Shown piece after piece: positions 19,218 to 27,655 of a stretch of DNA of 64,000 bases. The notes beneath the pieces were generated by a model. That model was not told the origin of the DNA. It was given only the letters and a program-made list of their open reading frames with translations, and searched no databases. Each line of letters begins with the position of its first letter. Positions within the stretch are counted from its first letter, which is position 1. The stretch comes from a virus: positions 1-64,000 of the IMG/VR virus record IMGVR_UViG_3300044675_001825; one strand, given 5' to 3'. The position numbers and the translations under genes were made by a program.

Positions 19218-19559
19218 TTAAATTCTTTCCATATAGTCTAATGTAATTGGTAATCCAGTTAGTAAACTTTCATTTATAAAAACTGATTTATTATTTTTAG
19301 TTTTATCATGCCAAACTTCAATTACATTTTTATTTACAAAAACACAAGTAAAATCTTTTACCATTACTCTTTTTCCTAAAACATAATTCATTGTATAACC
19401 ACGTTTTTTTAACCAGTCTTCAATGGATTTTTCATCAATTTCCTTTACACTTTCTTTTGAAATTTTGCTTTTTGCTTGAATGTAAAGCATTTCAATGTGT
19501 TCATTAAAATTATGCATAACAGTTTGATATAAACATTCTATATATGTTTCTAGTGTCAT
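19218..19559 (-). CDS. Hypothetical protein
   Basis: 113 aa, very AT-rich. Confidence 0.6.
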   Translation of the reverse strand: MTLETYIECLYQTVMHNFNEHIEMLYIQAKSKISKESVKEIDEKSIEDWLKKRGYTMNYVLGKRVMVKDFTCVFVNKNVIEVWHDKTKNNKSVFINESLLTGLPITLDYMERI

Positions 19560-19589
19560 AATCTTATTTGTTTTAAGTTAATAAGAAAT

Positions 19590-19612
19590 AAGGGCTCCAC
19601 TACAGAGCCCTT
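19590..19612 (-). terminator. Hairpin/terminator
   Basis: AAGGGCTC/GAGCCCTT stem, followed by U-rich sequence on the minus strand. Confidence 0.55.
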
Positions 19613-19624
19613 GAATTTCCCTCC

Positions 19625-19771
19625 TTAATAACCCAACTGTTCAAGTTGGTCTATACTGGCTTCTACAATATACACACCCTGTGCCATTGTACATACAAAT
19701 GCAATAGACATTGCAAATGCTAATTTTCTAAATTCATAAAACTCAGTTGGAATTAATTTAATTGTTTTCAT
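19625..19771 (-). CDS. Small hypothetical protein (48 aa)
   Basis: MKTIKLIPTEFYEFRKLAFAMSIAFVCTMAQGVYIVEASIDQLEQLGY*. Confidence 0.5.
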   Translation of the reverse strand: MKTIKLIPTEFYEFRKLAFAMSIAFVCTMAQGVYIVEASIDQLEQLGY

Positions 19772-19801
19772 TTCTATTGTTATTAAGGATTAATACAAAT
19801 T

Positions 19802-19836
19802 AAAAAATCCCTACACACTTGAGACATGTGTAGGGA
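19802..19836 (-). terminator. Rho-independent terminator downstream of tmRNA
   Basis: TCCCTACAC/GTGTAGGGA stem plus six U on the minus strand. Confidence 0.75.
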
Positions 19837-19875
19837 AATGGTAAAAGTTATGTACAATGCAAAAGACATAACTAG

Positions 19876-20242
19876 TGGAGATGCTGAGACTCGAACTCAG
19901 GTCTTTAATACTCAAATAGTTACAATTTTATACAGCTTATATTCCTACACTTATTTAAAGAGTCTGCAGGAGATACTCTGGGGCCAACAGTTATGTTAGC
20001 GAAACCACCATCTTGTTTAATCTAACAAGAAAATCTTTGAATGTTTAGGCTGCTACAACAAGATCAATATCCTCAGTTAATAATGAGAACACTTTGTTCA
20101 TGTTAGCTTCGATTTGTGCGTTGTCTCCTTGAGATACTACACGAGAATTGTTTTTGCCATTTATTATATTCACCTTAGTTTACAGTTATCTCTCTGGCTG
20201 AATTGTAACCCATGCTTATTAAATCAATTCCATGTCATCCCC
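19876..20242 (-). ncRNA. ssrA: tmRNA (transfer-messenger RNA), about 367 nt
   Basis: 5' GGGGATGACATGGAATTGA; 3' GAC-CTGAG-TTCGAGT-CTCAG-CATCTCC-A (T-arm plus acceptor stem with G3:U Ala determinant and discriminator A). Helix 2 GTTACAATT/AATTGTAAC (20201-20209 with 19919-19927); pseudoknot AGAGT/ACTCT plus CCTGCA/TGTAGG; internal tag frame ends VVAA*. Confidence 0.93.
20045..20158 (-). other. tmRNA tag reading frame (A)GKNNSRVVSQGDNAQIEANMNKVFSLLTEDIDLVVAA*
   Basis: Resume codon GGC after ATAAAT; 37 codons to TAA; C-terminal hydrophobic-AA degron. Confidence 0.75.
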
Positions 20243-20397
20243 AAATGTCCCTCGTGTGAGGGCACAGTTCAATTAGTTGTGTTGACCAATGATCAACTTT
20301 TAAAAATGTATAATATAGGTAAGTTCAGTGATACGCAGCACATACATTGACTATTTAAACTACTTTGTGGCGATTATAGTCCCCAGTGATTATACAA

Positions 20398-20426
20398 AAT
20401 CCCTGCAAATATACTTCACAGGGATT
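20398..20426 (-). terminator. Hairpin/terminator after vWA gene
   Basis: AATCCCTG/CAGGGATT stem. Confidence 0.55.
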
Positions 20427-20441
20427 AATAAAACAAAAAAA

Positions 20442-21809
20442 TCAATACTTAAGTTCTTGCTTTCCTGCTTCAACAGAATATGTAAACACTTTGTCATCTT
20501 CTGTAACTTCAATCTGTTTACCACCTGTGTTAAGACACAAGTCTTTCAATTGACTACTGAATGACATCAATGATACAGCATTCACCTTGTATGGGAATTT
20601 ATCTGTACCAATATCATCTTGACCATCATTGATAACTAAGATCTCTGGCTTCTCTTCTGATAGATTTACATCAAGATTACATAATGTACCTCTTGTTATC
20701 TCATCAGAGATGTGTGCAACCATATCACCCACCTCTGTCATACCACCATTTGGATTATTAGAGAATGTTTGCCAAAACTTAATGACATCTTCTCTATCCT
20801 TGATATGTTGGAACTCAAGATCAGCTGTACTGTCAACAAAATAACTGAAGAACACTTCAGCTTCTCCTTTCATGACATACTTGAATCTGTCGATTAATAT
20901 AGCATTAACCCATATCTGTTTCTGACGATAATCCATACTACCTGAATAGTCAAGAATGATAATAATCTTCTGAATCTGTTCTTTTCTATCAACTGGGACA
21001 CTAACTGTCAAGTCTTTAGTTAAGAACTTACTTCTGAAGTTTGGATACACCTTCTGCATTAGATTCATCATATGGATTTGAGAATAGTCTCTCATAATCA
21101 TAGTAGAATACTCATCAGAATTAGCTACAATCTTCTCACTGATTTCTTTCTCCACTTTAAACTCACTACCAAATTGACCAACAAGAGATAGATGGTTCAT
21201 AATCTCCATCTTTCTATCTCTACTAAGATCATTAAGATCTAGTTGCTCATTAATAGTTGGGTCACTGTAAAGCTTTCTATCAAAGTCTAAGCCTTTCTTC
21301 ATGTCCAATTCATCATCATCTTCTTCACTACGTTCAGCATGTTCTTTACCACTCTTCATTTTCAAGAAAATAGATATGGCTTGTTCCAATGGTGTGAATC
21401 CAGGAATGTATTGCTCAAATATACTATCGTATAGAGCTTTTCTTGCTTGATGTTCACTGTCTTCAGAATCTATAAACTGCTCAGCTACAAAATCACGCTC
21501 ATCAATCATCTTGAAATAACACACACGTGCTAGTTCTTTGATTGTATCAACAGATGTTTGCTTTGGAGCATGCACTTTCTTTCTGATCTCTGATGTAGTT
21601 GGTGTTAGATATGTAACAGGATCTTTAACAAATAGATCATCGTTATTATCTGTGTCACCCCATGAGAAAGAGAATGAACCCCATCCACTCTTGGACCAAC
21701 CACCACTATATTTACTCTTCCAACCACCTGTACTCTTTGTAGGAGTATAGGTTGGGGCATAACGACTACCATAGTAATCGTCATACCCATCATCCCATAA
21801 GTTTCTCAT
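20442..21809 (-). CDS. von Willebrand factor A (MIDAS) domain protein
   Basis: IIILDYSGSM (DxSxS), NGGMTEVG, VINDGQD; adjacent to a MoxR ATPase. Confidence 0.85.
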   Translation of the reverse strand: MRNLWDDGYDDYYGSRYAPTYTPTKSTGGWKSKYSGGWSKSGWGSFSFSWGDTDNNDDLFVKDPVTYLTPTTSEIRKKVHAPKQTSVDTIKELARVCYFKMIDERDFVAEQFIDSEDSEHQARKALYDSIFEQYIPGFTPLEQAISIFLKMKSGKEHAERSEEDDDELDMKKGLDFDRKLYSDPTINEQLDLNDLSRDRKMEIMNHLSLVGQFGSEFKVEKEISEKIVANSDEYSTMIMRDYSQIHMMNLMQKVYPNFRSKFLTKDLTVSVPVDRKEQIQKIIIILDYSGSMDYRQKQIWVNAILIDRFKYVMKGEAEVFFSYFVDSTADLEFQHIKDREDVIKFWQTFSNNPNGGMTEVGDMVAHISDEITRGTLCNLDVNLSEEKPEILVINDGQDDIGTDKFPYKVNAVSLMSFSSQLKDLCLNTGGKQIEVTEDDKVFTYSVEAGKQELKY

Positions 21810-23125
21810 TAGATAAATGAAGCAATAGTTAAGTTCTTAGTAAACTTGTCTACAGAAGATGTAGCTGCTTTTACAAGCTGTGCATGTACATTAGCAACAT
21901 CATCACCCACTGTCAAGCCTTTGATGTCTTTCAATTGCATGCTAAGACTGTTAAGAGCTTCTTTGTAAGTCTTCTCATCTTCTCTTGATCCTAATGGAAG
22001 AGTGTTCAATGTCTCAATCATATGTGTAATACCTGAAGACAACTCTCTAAACTTCATTGTAGCCTCAAACTTCTTAATTGCTTCAGCAATAAGAGATGGT
22101 TTCTTAGCAAACTCAGCAATAAATGCTAATGATTCTGGACCACACTGATCATACACTTGATATGCTGTAACAGCAACACGAGGACTAATGGTAATACTAT
22201 TCTTAGCATACTCTTGTAACAAATAAGGAATAACAGGATCAACTTCTCCTTCACCAAATTTACTCTCCAATAACTTGTTATAGCTGATCTCTGTGTAGTT
22301 ATCCCAGATAACATTCAATTCAAGAGGAAAACGCTCCATCAATGCCTTCAATGACATGTTCTTAGAGAATTCATCACGAGTTCTGTTAGTACAACAGATG
22401 ATGAACTTGGTGTTGATAGGAAATATCTGTGTACCATTTCTAAATACACCACTAGATAGAATATCCTTCAATTGCTCTAGGATAAAATCAGGAGCATCGA
22501 ATAACTCTTCGAAGATAACATACTCGTGGTTCATAAATGAATTCTCAACAAGATATTCAATCTTACCTGTTGTTTCGAATGTAGGAATGTCAAGACCACC
22601 AAACAATCTGTCTGTAGTCATACCTGTACCCATGGTTTGTATGAATGGATCAATACCTTTTGATTTAAGAAAATCTAATGTAATCTCTGACTTGCCATGT
22701 CCCCCAGGTCCGAAAAGTACTACATTTTTACCTGTAGAATATCCTACGTTTAGAATGTTAACTGTCTTATCCATGAATACAAACTTGTCTCCCACTGGAT
22801 TTTTCTTTACTGATTTAGTTTTTGTCTTCATCTTTTCTTTTGTTATTAAGGAATTATTGTTTTTTACTTGGTTTAAAATTTCTTTTGTTTCTTCTTCTGA
22901 TAGCTCTATTGAGTTTAAAATGCATTGATTAGCTCTGAATGTCCAATCATCATGATTGAAATCATGTCCTGCTTCAATTTGTTTAATGAATTTGTCAGGA
23001 ATGTCTTGTCCCATAAAATGATTCATGTCACCCTCTTCATTCCAGAAGTAAGGACAGTCATAATCTTCATTCCAAAGATCAACATCTTCAAACTCTTCTT
23101 GTGTCTTAAATCTATATTTTGTCAT
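21809..23125 (-). CDS. MoxR-family AAA+ ATPase with extra N-terminal domain
   Basis: NVVLFGPGGHGKSE, VIFEELFD, ICCTN, ALMERF. Confidence 0.85.
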   Translation of the reverse strand: MTKYRFKTQEEFEDVDLWNEDYDCPYFWNEEGDMNHFMGQDIPDKFIKQIEAGHDFNHDDWTFRANQCILNSIELSEEETKEILNQVKNNNSLITKEKMKTKTKSVKKNPVGDKFVFMDKTVNILNVGYSTGKNVVLFGPGGHGKSEITLDFLKSKGIDPFIQTMGTGMTTDRLFGGLDIPTFETTGKIEYLVENSFMNHEYVIFEELFDAPDFILEQLKDILSSGVFRNGTQIFPINTKFIICCTNRTRDEFSKNMSLKALMERFPLELNVIWDNYTEISYNKLLESKFGEGEVDPVIPYLLQEYAKNSITISPRVAVTAYQVYDQCGPESLAFIAEFAKKPSLIAEAIKKFEATMKFRELSSGITHMIETLNTLPLGSREDEKTYKEALNSLSMQLKDIKGLTVGDDVANVHAQLVKAATSSVDKFTKNLTIASFI

Positions 23126-23139
23126 AGCTTTGATATAAA

Positions 23140-23162
23140 GAGAGAGCCATTACAGCTCTCTC
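23140..23162 (-). terminator. Hairpin/terminator
   Basis: GAGAGAGC/GCTCTCTC stem. Confidence 0.55.
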
Positions 23163-23172
23163 AATTAAACAT

Positions 23173-23664
23173 TTAATCATCATCTCCATCACCATTAGGA
23201 TCTATACCAAACTTACCCTTGATAAGACCATCAAGAAACTTCTTAATTTCAGGTGGAAGAGAATTAGCATCAATAGCATCATCCATACTGTTTCCTGATT
23301 CCATGTTAGTGAGAAACTCTCTAACATTTGGTGGAAGATCATCAGCAGCATCTAATGCTATCTTTCTAATACCATCTTTAAGACCATCTATTTTCTTCTC
23401 TAACTTCTTAGCAAATCCATCTAACTTATCTTGTAGAAAGAACGATGCTATAATTACTAATTGAGAATAGCTAAACTCATTAAGAGCTGCTTCTACTAAC
23501 ATACTTGGTGATAGATCATCTTTAAGATCTTTGTTTTCATCAAAGAGATGATTCTTTAATAGGTTAGCAATTTGTTGTTGAAGATCATCCATATAGGATT
23601 CTTCGATACCAATAGCTTTGTTAAGCTTTCTTTGACCATGGTCAAATGTAAAAATACTGTTCAT
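23173..23664 (-). CDS. Hypothetical protein
   Basis: Probable start MNSIFTFDH at 23664; internal repeat DDLPPNVREFL / NSLPPEIKKFL. Confidence 0.7.
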   Translation of the reverse strand: MNSIFTFDHGQRKLNKAIGIEESYMDDLQQQIANLLKNHLFDENKDLKDDLSPSMLVEAALNEFSYSQLVIIASFFLQDKLDGFAKKLEKKIDGLKDGIRKIALDAADDLPPNVREFLTNMESGNSMDDAIDANSLPPEIKKFLDGLIKGKFGIDPNGDGDDD

Positions 23665-23669
23665 TGTTA

Positions 23670-24020
23670 TTAAGGATTTAAATTGTTTTTTACTATTTCT
23701 ATTAATTTCTTTAAACATTCAAGTTCTGCTTCTTCATATGAACCTGATCCAACGGTAATCCATGCTGCACCTGTCCAATAAAATCCAAAATACAAACCTT
23801 CAGATTCTTTTTGAACTTTAACATCATAACCTTTCTCCCTAAACCATCTAAATGCTTGTTGGTATAGTGGTGCTAAAACTTGTTCTTTTGCTCTCAATAA
23901 TCCATAATGATGTAAAAAAACTGTTTTACTAGGAGGAGCATATAAACCAAAACACATCTCATCAAATCCTAATTCTTTTAAAGCTAATGCTTGTTCGTAG
24001 GGTATAAATTCTTTTTCCAT
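23670..24020 (-). CDS. Hypothetical protein, paralog of 18643-19089
   Basis: EFIPYEQALALKELGFDEMC...PLYQQAFRWF...CLKKLIEIVK. Confidence 0.75.
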   Translation of the reverse strand: MEKEFIPYEQALALKELGFDEMCFGLYAPPSKTVFLHHYGLLRAKEQVLAPLYQQAFRWFREKGYDVKVQKESEGLYFGFYWTGAAWITVGSGSYEEAELECLKKLIEIVKNNLNP

Positions 24021-24039
24021 ATTATTTAACTTAAATTGT

Positions 24040-24195
24040 TTATTGTTCTATTGATGATCTAACATCAATTGTTGTCTCTTTTACAATCCCATGTCTGAAA
24101 TTGTATAACACCTCAACCACTAACCTCTTAGAAACTATTTTTCTAAGAGGATTAGTTGAGCCCACTAATGTGCCTTTATATATCCTACGTCTCAT
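24040..24195 (-). CDS. Small basic hypothetical protein
   Basis: Probable start MRRRIYKG at 24195 (ATGA overlap). Confidence 0.5.
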   Translation of the reverse strand: MRRRIYKGTLVGSTNPLRKIVSKRLVVEVLYNFRHGIVKETTIDVRSSIEQ

Positions 24196-24434
24196 AATAT
24201 ATATGATAATAATGATCCTATTGATATTGCACCAAGACATACAAATAACCAAAACATTAATCTATGTAATCTACTAACCTCTTTTTTATAAAGAGCTGTT
24301 TCTTGTTCACATAACTCAATTAATCTATTCTTCATAGATATGATTTCATTAGCACATTCTAATGCTTCTTGATAACTACGAGAAAGCTCTATAAGCTTCT
24401 CAATTGTCTCTTCGATGTGTGGATGTTTACTCAT
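24192..24434 (-). CDS. Coiled-coil protein with C-terminal TM anchor
   Basis: Probable start MSKHPH at 24434; ends LMFWLFVCLGAISIGSLLSYIL. Confidence 0.6.
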   Translation of the reverse strand: MSKHPHIEETIEKLIELSRSYQEALECANEIISMKNRLIELCEQETALYKKEVSRLHRLMFWLFVCLGAISIGSLLSYIL

Positions 24435-24603
24435 TGTCTTTAGTTTTTTCAGATATAGACATACCAATAAATATTGGACAAAAGAATGGACTAAGTGCAT
24501 AAATAAACCAAGCACTTGCTGGAATACTATCTTCTTTACCATATGCTTCAAGCATCATTCCTAACATTACCATGTAGGAGATGAAAATGTATAACAAAAT
24601 CAT
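24427..24603 (-). CDS. Small two-TM membrane protein (58 aa, absent from ORF track)
   Basis: MILLYIFISYMVMLGMMLEAYGKEDSIPASAWFIYALSPFFCPIFIGMSISEKTKDNE*. Confidence 0.55.
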   Translation of the reverse strand: MILLYIFISYMVMLGMMLEAYGKEDSIPASAWFIYALSPFFCPIFIGMSISEKTKDNE

Positions 24604-24791
24604 AGTCCTATAAGATTATCAAAAGAGCTCTCTAACAATTCCATTAGAGAGTTTCTTTCTGTTATTAATGAATCGATTTGATCTTCTATACAATGTGTAT
24701 TCACATCATCATAAGAATCTTTAAGACTGTCCAAAGAATGTATTTCATTCTTTAAGTCTTGAATACGTTGTTCTATTTGTTCTATTCTCAT
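24600..24791 (-). CDS. Small coiled-coil protein
   Basis: 63 aa with heptad pattern. Confidence 0.6.
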   Translation of the reverse strand: MRIEQIEQRIQDLKNEIHSLDSLKDSYDDVNTHCIEDQIDSLITERNSLMELLESSFDNLIGL

Positions 24792-24794
24792 GAT

Positions 24795-24917
24795 TTATAC
24801 ACATCTATGATTAGACCAATATCTTTTTGTTCGTGTACATTTAGATGCACAACTCTCAGTCAATAAGACCAAGACCAATAATGCTACAATAGCATAGGAA
24901 GTTTTAAAATGTTTCAT
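24795..24917 (-). CDS. Mini-lipoprotein candidate (40 aa)
   Basis: MKHFKTSYAIVALLVLVLLTES-CASKCTRTKRYWSNHRCV*; signal peptide with lipobox-like S-C. Confidence 0.55.
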   Translation of the reverse strand: MKHFKTSYAIVALLVLVLLTESCASKCTRTKRYWSNHRCV

Positions 24918-24967
24918 ATTGTTTGTTATTAAGGGTTTATTTAAAAGGGCCCAAGAAGAGCCCATTA

Positions 24968-25147
24968 TTATTCTGCTAATGAATACATCTCTCTTTCTAT
25001 AAACTCACATTTCTTAATGAGAGAAGAAGCTAATAGTTTAATAGAATCTATATTAGATATAATATCTTCTACTCCTTGTGTATCTAATTCTAATAGTCTA
25101 ACTATATAATGTATTTCTTTTGCTTGTACTTTAGTGTTTGCATTCAT
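24968..25147 (-). CDS. Small hypothetical protein (59 aa)
   Basis: MNANTKVQAKEIHYIVRLLELDT...EMYSLAE*. Confidence 0.5.
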   Translation of the reverse strand: MNANTKVQAKEIHYIVRLLELDTQGVEDIISNIDSIKLLASSLIKKCEFIEREMYSLAE

Positions 25148-25480
25148 AATGCTATATATATTTCGTTATTATACGTTGTTTGTTGTTTGTCAAGTTGACC
25201 TATTTATTACGTGATGGTCCTCACGTTCATATCTTTACACTCACAAAAAGTTTTTTTCTCCCTCGTAAAAAGTTTTATATACACCAACCTGATATTTTTG
25301 CACTCCACATGGTATGGACTAACTACTTATTGCTAAGCACTGCATATTTCCTGGTTATATAAACTTTTCCACTAGGAAGAATTAAACTTTTATACCTATA
25401 TATATATAAAGTTTGGAGATGTTTAGGATTTTTTCACCCACCCAGACATCTCCACCCTTGATATATAAGAAAAAACAGGG

Positions 25481-25834
25481 CTATTCTAGCCCTGCAAATT
25501 CTGTTGGATTACTGATCACTTCAGGTTGGAAGTTCTCAATAGTCATTGCTTCCAATGTCAATTGATTTCTTCTAACACCAATCAGTTTCTTAAATGTTAA
25601 GTAACCTACCATAGCAAGTTTACCTTCATCATTAGGTTCAATCTTAACACTTTCAACGCCACCTGCTTCTAATGTTTCATAAAAGGTGTCATCGTTGCTG
25701 ATAAATACTTTACCTTCGAAAATAAATCTACGATAAAATTGTCCTGCCATTTTTGTGTCTGCTTTGTAAGGAAATAATTTCCCATCACATTGAATCTCTG
25801 CTACTTCGTTAGCGTTTAATTTTTGAATTGCCAT
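25481..25834 (-). CDS. Hypothetical protein, first gene of the leftward arm
   Basis: 117-aa ORF with A-rich start region. Confidence 0.7.
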   Translation of the reverse strand: MAIQKLNANEVAEIQCDGKLFPYKADTKMAGQFYRRFIFEGKVFISNDDTFYETLEAGGVESVKIEPNDEGKLAMVGYLTFKKLIGVRRNQLTLEAMTIENFQPEVISNPTEFAGLE

Positions 25835-25849
25835 TTTGTTCTGTTTTAA

Positions 25850-26030
25850 TGGATTAATGGGGGAGCACCCTGCTCACCCAAACGTAGGTGGGGTAGCGAG
25901 TTGGAAGTACTCTCAAACCCTACATACATGGGGGGTCTTACTATTTGGAAAAAAATTTTGGGAAAAAAATTTGGAGCACACCAGTTTTTGTTTATACATT
26001 TGGTGGGTGGGTGGGTTTGTCTGTATAAGA
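25850..26030. other. Strand-switch region with G-runs and tandem A-tract repeats (candidate terminus/pac/early promoter region)
   Basis: ATGGGGG twice, TTTGG(G)AAAAAAATTT twice in tandem (25944-25972), (GTGG)n tract at 26003-26015. Confidence 0.45.
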
Positions 26031-26103
26031 ACAGATGTTGTCTTTATAGGTCTAAAAAAAGTTCATAATATAGCATAGGAATAAAATATTTGTCTCTTAT
26101 GTG

Positions 26104-26133
26104 TTGATTATGTTTTTTTATTATATATCTTTG
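26104..26133 (+). promoter_or_regulatory. Bacteroidota sigma70 promoter (-33 TTG / -7 TATCTTTG) for packaging operon
   Basis: TTG 26104-26106, 19-nt spacer, TATCTTTG 26126-26133, ATG at 26153. Confidence 0.7.
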
Positions 26134-26152
26134 TCAGTATTAAAACTAAATT

Positions 26153-26542
26153 ATGATCGTACAGAGTCTTAAGAAGGTTGTCGATACAGACATGCAATTA
26201 GCTGAGAAGTACTATAGTATATTGTTCACGATAAACAATCTTCATCTCACAGAGAGAGAAATACAGCTCATAGCTTTTACAGCTATTAAGGGTAACATTA
26301 CATATGCTAATGTAAGGGAGGAGTTCTGCAAAACCTACAACAGTACATCACCCACAATCAACAACATTGTTTCTAAGCTTAAGAGGTTAGGTATATTTAT
26401 TAAGGAGAATGGTAAGGTGAAGGTAAATCCTAAGATTATCATAGACTTCAAGAAAGACTTAATGTTGAATATAAAACTTATACATGAAGAAGCCCCAATC
26501 AATGTCAGTGAAAGAGTGGATCATCAAGAAGATGGCAATTAG
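26153..26542 (+). CDS. Winged-helix DNA-binding protein
   Basis: LTEREIQLI...TSPTINNIVSKLKRLGIFIKENGKVKVNP wHTH pattern. Confidence 0.65.
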   Translation: MIVQSLKKVVDTDMQLAEKYYSILFTINNLHLTEREIQLIAFTAIKGNITYANVREEFCKTYNSTSPTINNIVSKLKRLGIFIKENGKVKVNPKIIIDFKKDLMLNIKLIHEEAPINVSERVDHQEDGN

Positions 26543-26846
26543 TATGGTGGTGCCAGAAAAAACTATCGATGCTGTTGTGACACATCAGTTTGATTCTGCT
26601 AATGATGCTCTCAATATAAACAAGAGTGTAGAAATATCTGGGTTTGGGAAGTTTCATTTCAACCAGAAGAAAGCTCAAGGACAATATGACAAACTCAATA
26701 AGATAAAACAGGCATATGAAAGGATGCTGTTAGACGAGAACATTACAGAGACAAAGAAAAACGCTGTAGAGCTTAAACTACAAATCATCGAATCCAGTAT
26801 TAAAACATTAAAACCAAAAATAAATGAGTCTGGGACAAATATTTGA
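26484..26846 (+). CDS. HU/IHF-like DNA-binding protein
   Basis: KSVEISGFGKF motif preceded by two helices. Confidence 0.65.
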   Translation: MKKPQSMSVKEWIIKKMAISMVVPEKTIDAVVTHQFDSANDALNINKSVEISGFGKFHFNQKKAQGQYDKLNKIKQAYERMLLDENITETKKNAVELKLQIIESSIKTLKPKINESGTNI

Positions 26847-27093
26847 GGGATGGAAGAATCACCTTCTTCCTCAAGAGAGAGAAAAAGCTTTTATTCAACA
26901 TGTAAGCAATGAAAGACTTGCTATATGTGAAGCATGTGACAAGCATTCTAAAAATCACACATCAGTAAGACCAGATGCACATTGCACAGAGTGTGGATGT
27001 ACATTATCTGCTAAGACTAAATGTTTAACATGTGAATGTCCATTAAAGAAATGGGTAGCACAACCAATGCCAGAAGATAATGAATCTACGTAA
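26824..27093 (+). CDS. Cys-rich zinc-binding protein
   Basis: RLAICEACD...CTECGC...KT...CPLKKW. Confidence 0.7.
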   Translation: MSLGQIFEGWKNHLLPQEREKAFIQHVSNERLAICEACDKHSKNHTSVRPDAHCTECGCTLSAKTKCLTCECPLKKWVAQPMPEDNEST

Positions 27094-27355
27094 AATACCA
27101 TTAGGACCATTCATAGAAATCCTTACAGACCTGTTTGAAAATGGGGCTGATTTCATTGATTTATCAGGTAATGAGGACAATGGAACAGAAGCACCAAGAG
27201 ACACTCTTAAGATTACTGTGAAGCCTGAGTATTTATCTCCTGATATTGAGGAGGAAGAGGAAGTAATAGATCATGGAATGGATTTTCTAATAGACAATAC
27301 AAGTGATTTACCACCTTCTCCTCTTTCTAAAGATGACATTGAAGATTTAATATAA
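27080..27355 (+). CDS. Acidic hypothetical protein
   Basis: 91-aa ORF. Confidence 0.65.
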   Translation: MNLRKIPLGPFIEILTDLFENGADFIDLSGNEDNGTEAPRDTLKITVKPEYLSPDIEEEEEVIDHGMDFLIDNTSDLPPSPLSKDDIEDLI

Positions 27356-27361
27356 TACAGC

Positions 27362-27640
27362 ATGAGCAGACAGCCAAATTATTATCGACAAATCCTACAT
27401 GTGTTAGAGAGTCTACGCAAGGCCCATCCAACATATAATATAGGAAGACATATTTCTACAGCATTGGATGGATATGACGATATATGGGGTGTCACAGATA
27501 AGGAGTTTCTTTTTGCTTTAGAGAAATATGAACTAGAATTAAACATGGATGTAGATCATATTGATCAGGAGGAGATAGAAGAGATAATAAAAGATGGCAT
27601 GAATTTGGAGAGAACATTGTTCGAAGAAGAGGAGGAATAA
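27362..27640 (+). CDS. Hypothetical protein
   Basis: 92-aa ORF. Confidence 0.65.
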   Translation: MSRQPNYYRQILHVLESLRKAHPTYNIGRHISTALDGYDDIWGVTDKEFLFALEKYELELNMDVDHIDQEEIEEIIKDGMNLERTLFEEEEE

Positions 27641-27655
27641 ATTAATAACTACATA

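Noticed and set aside
19873-19905. Possible tRNA gene (T-arm and acceptor end)
   Set aside because: Its 5' partner GGGGATG lies about 340 nt away with a tag ORF in between, so it is the tRNA-like domain of the tmRNA.
20137-20160. Alternative short frame ATG GCA AAA ACA ATT CTC GTG TAG (MAKTILV*) as tmRNA tag
   Set aside because: It lacks the C-terminal AA degron. The GGC frame ends in VVAA* and matches the Gly resume codon of Bacteroidota. Not formally excluded.
22356-22928. 190-aa plus-strand ORF
   Set aside because: Antisense shadow of the well-supported MoxR ATPase.
25836-26078. 80-aa plus-strand ORF in the strand-switch region
   Set aside because: TTG start, atypical composition and overlap with repeat/regulatory motifs; probably non-coding.
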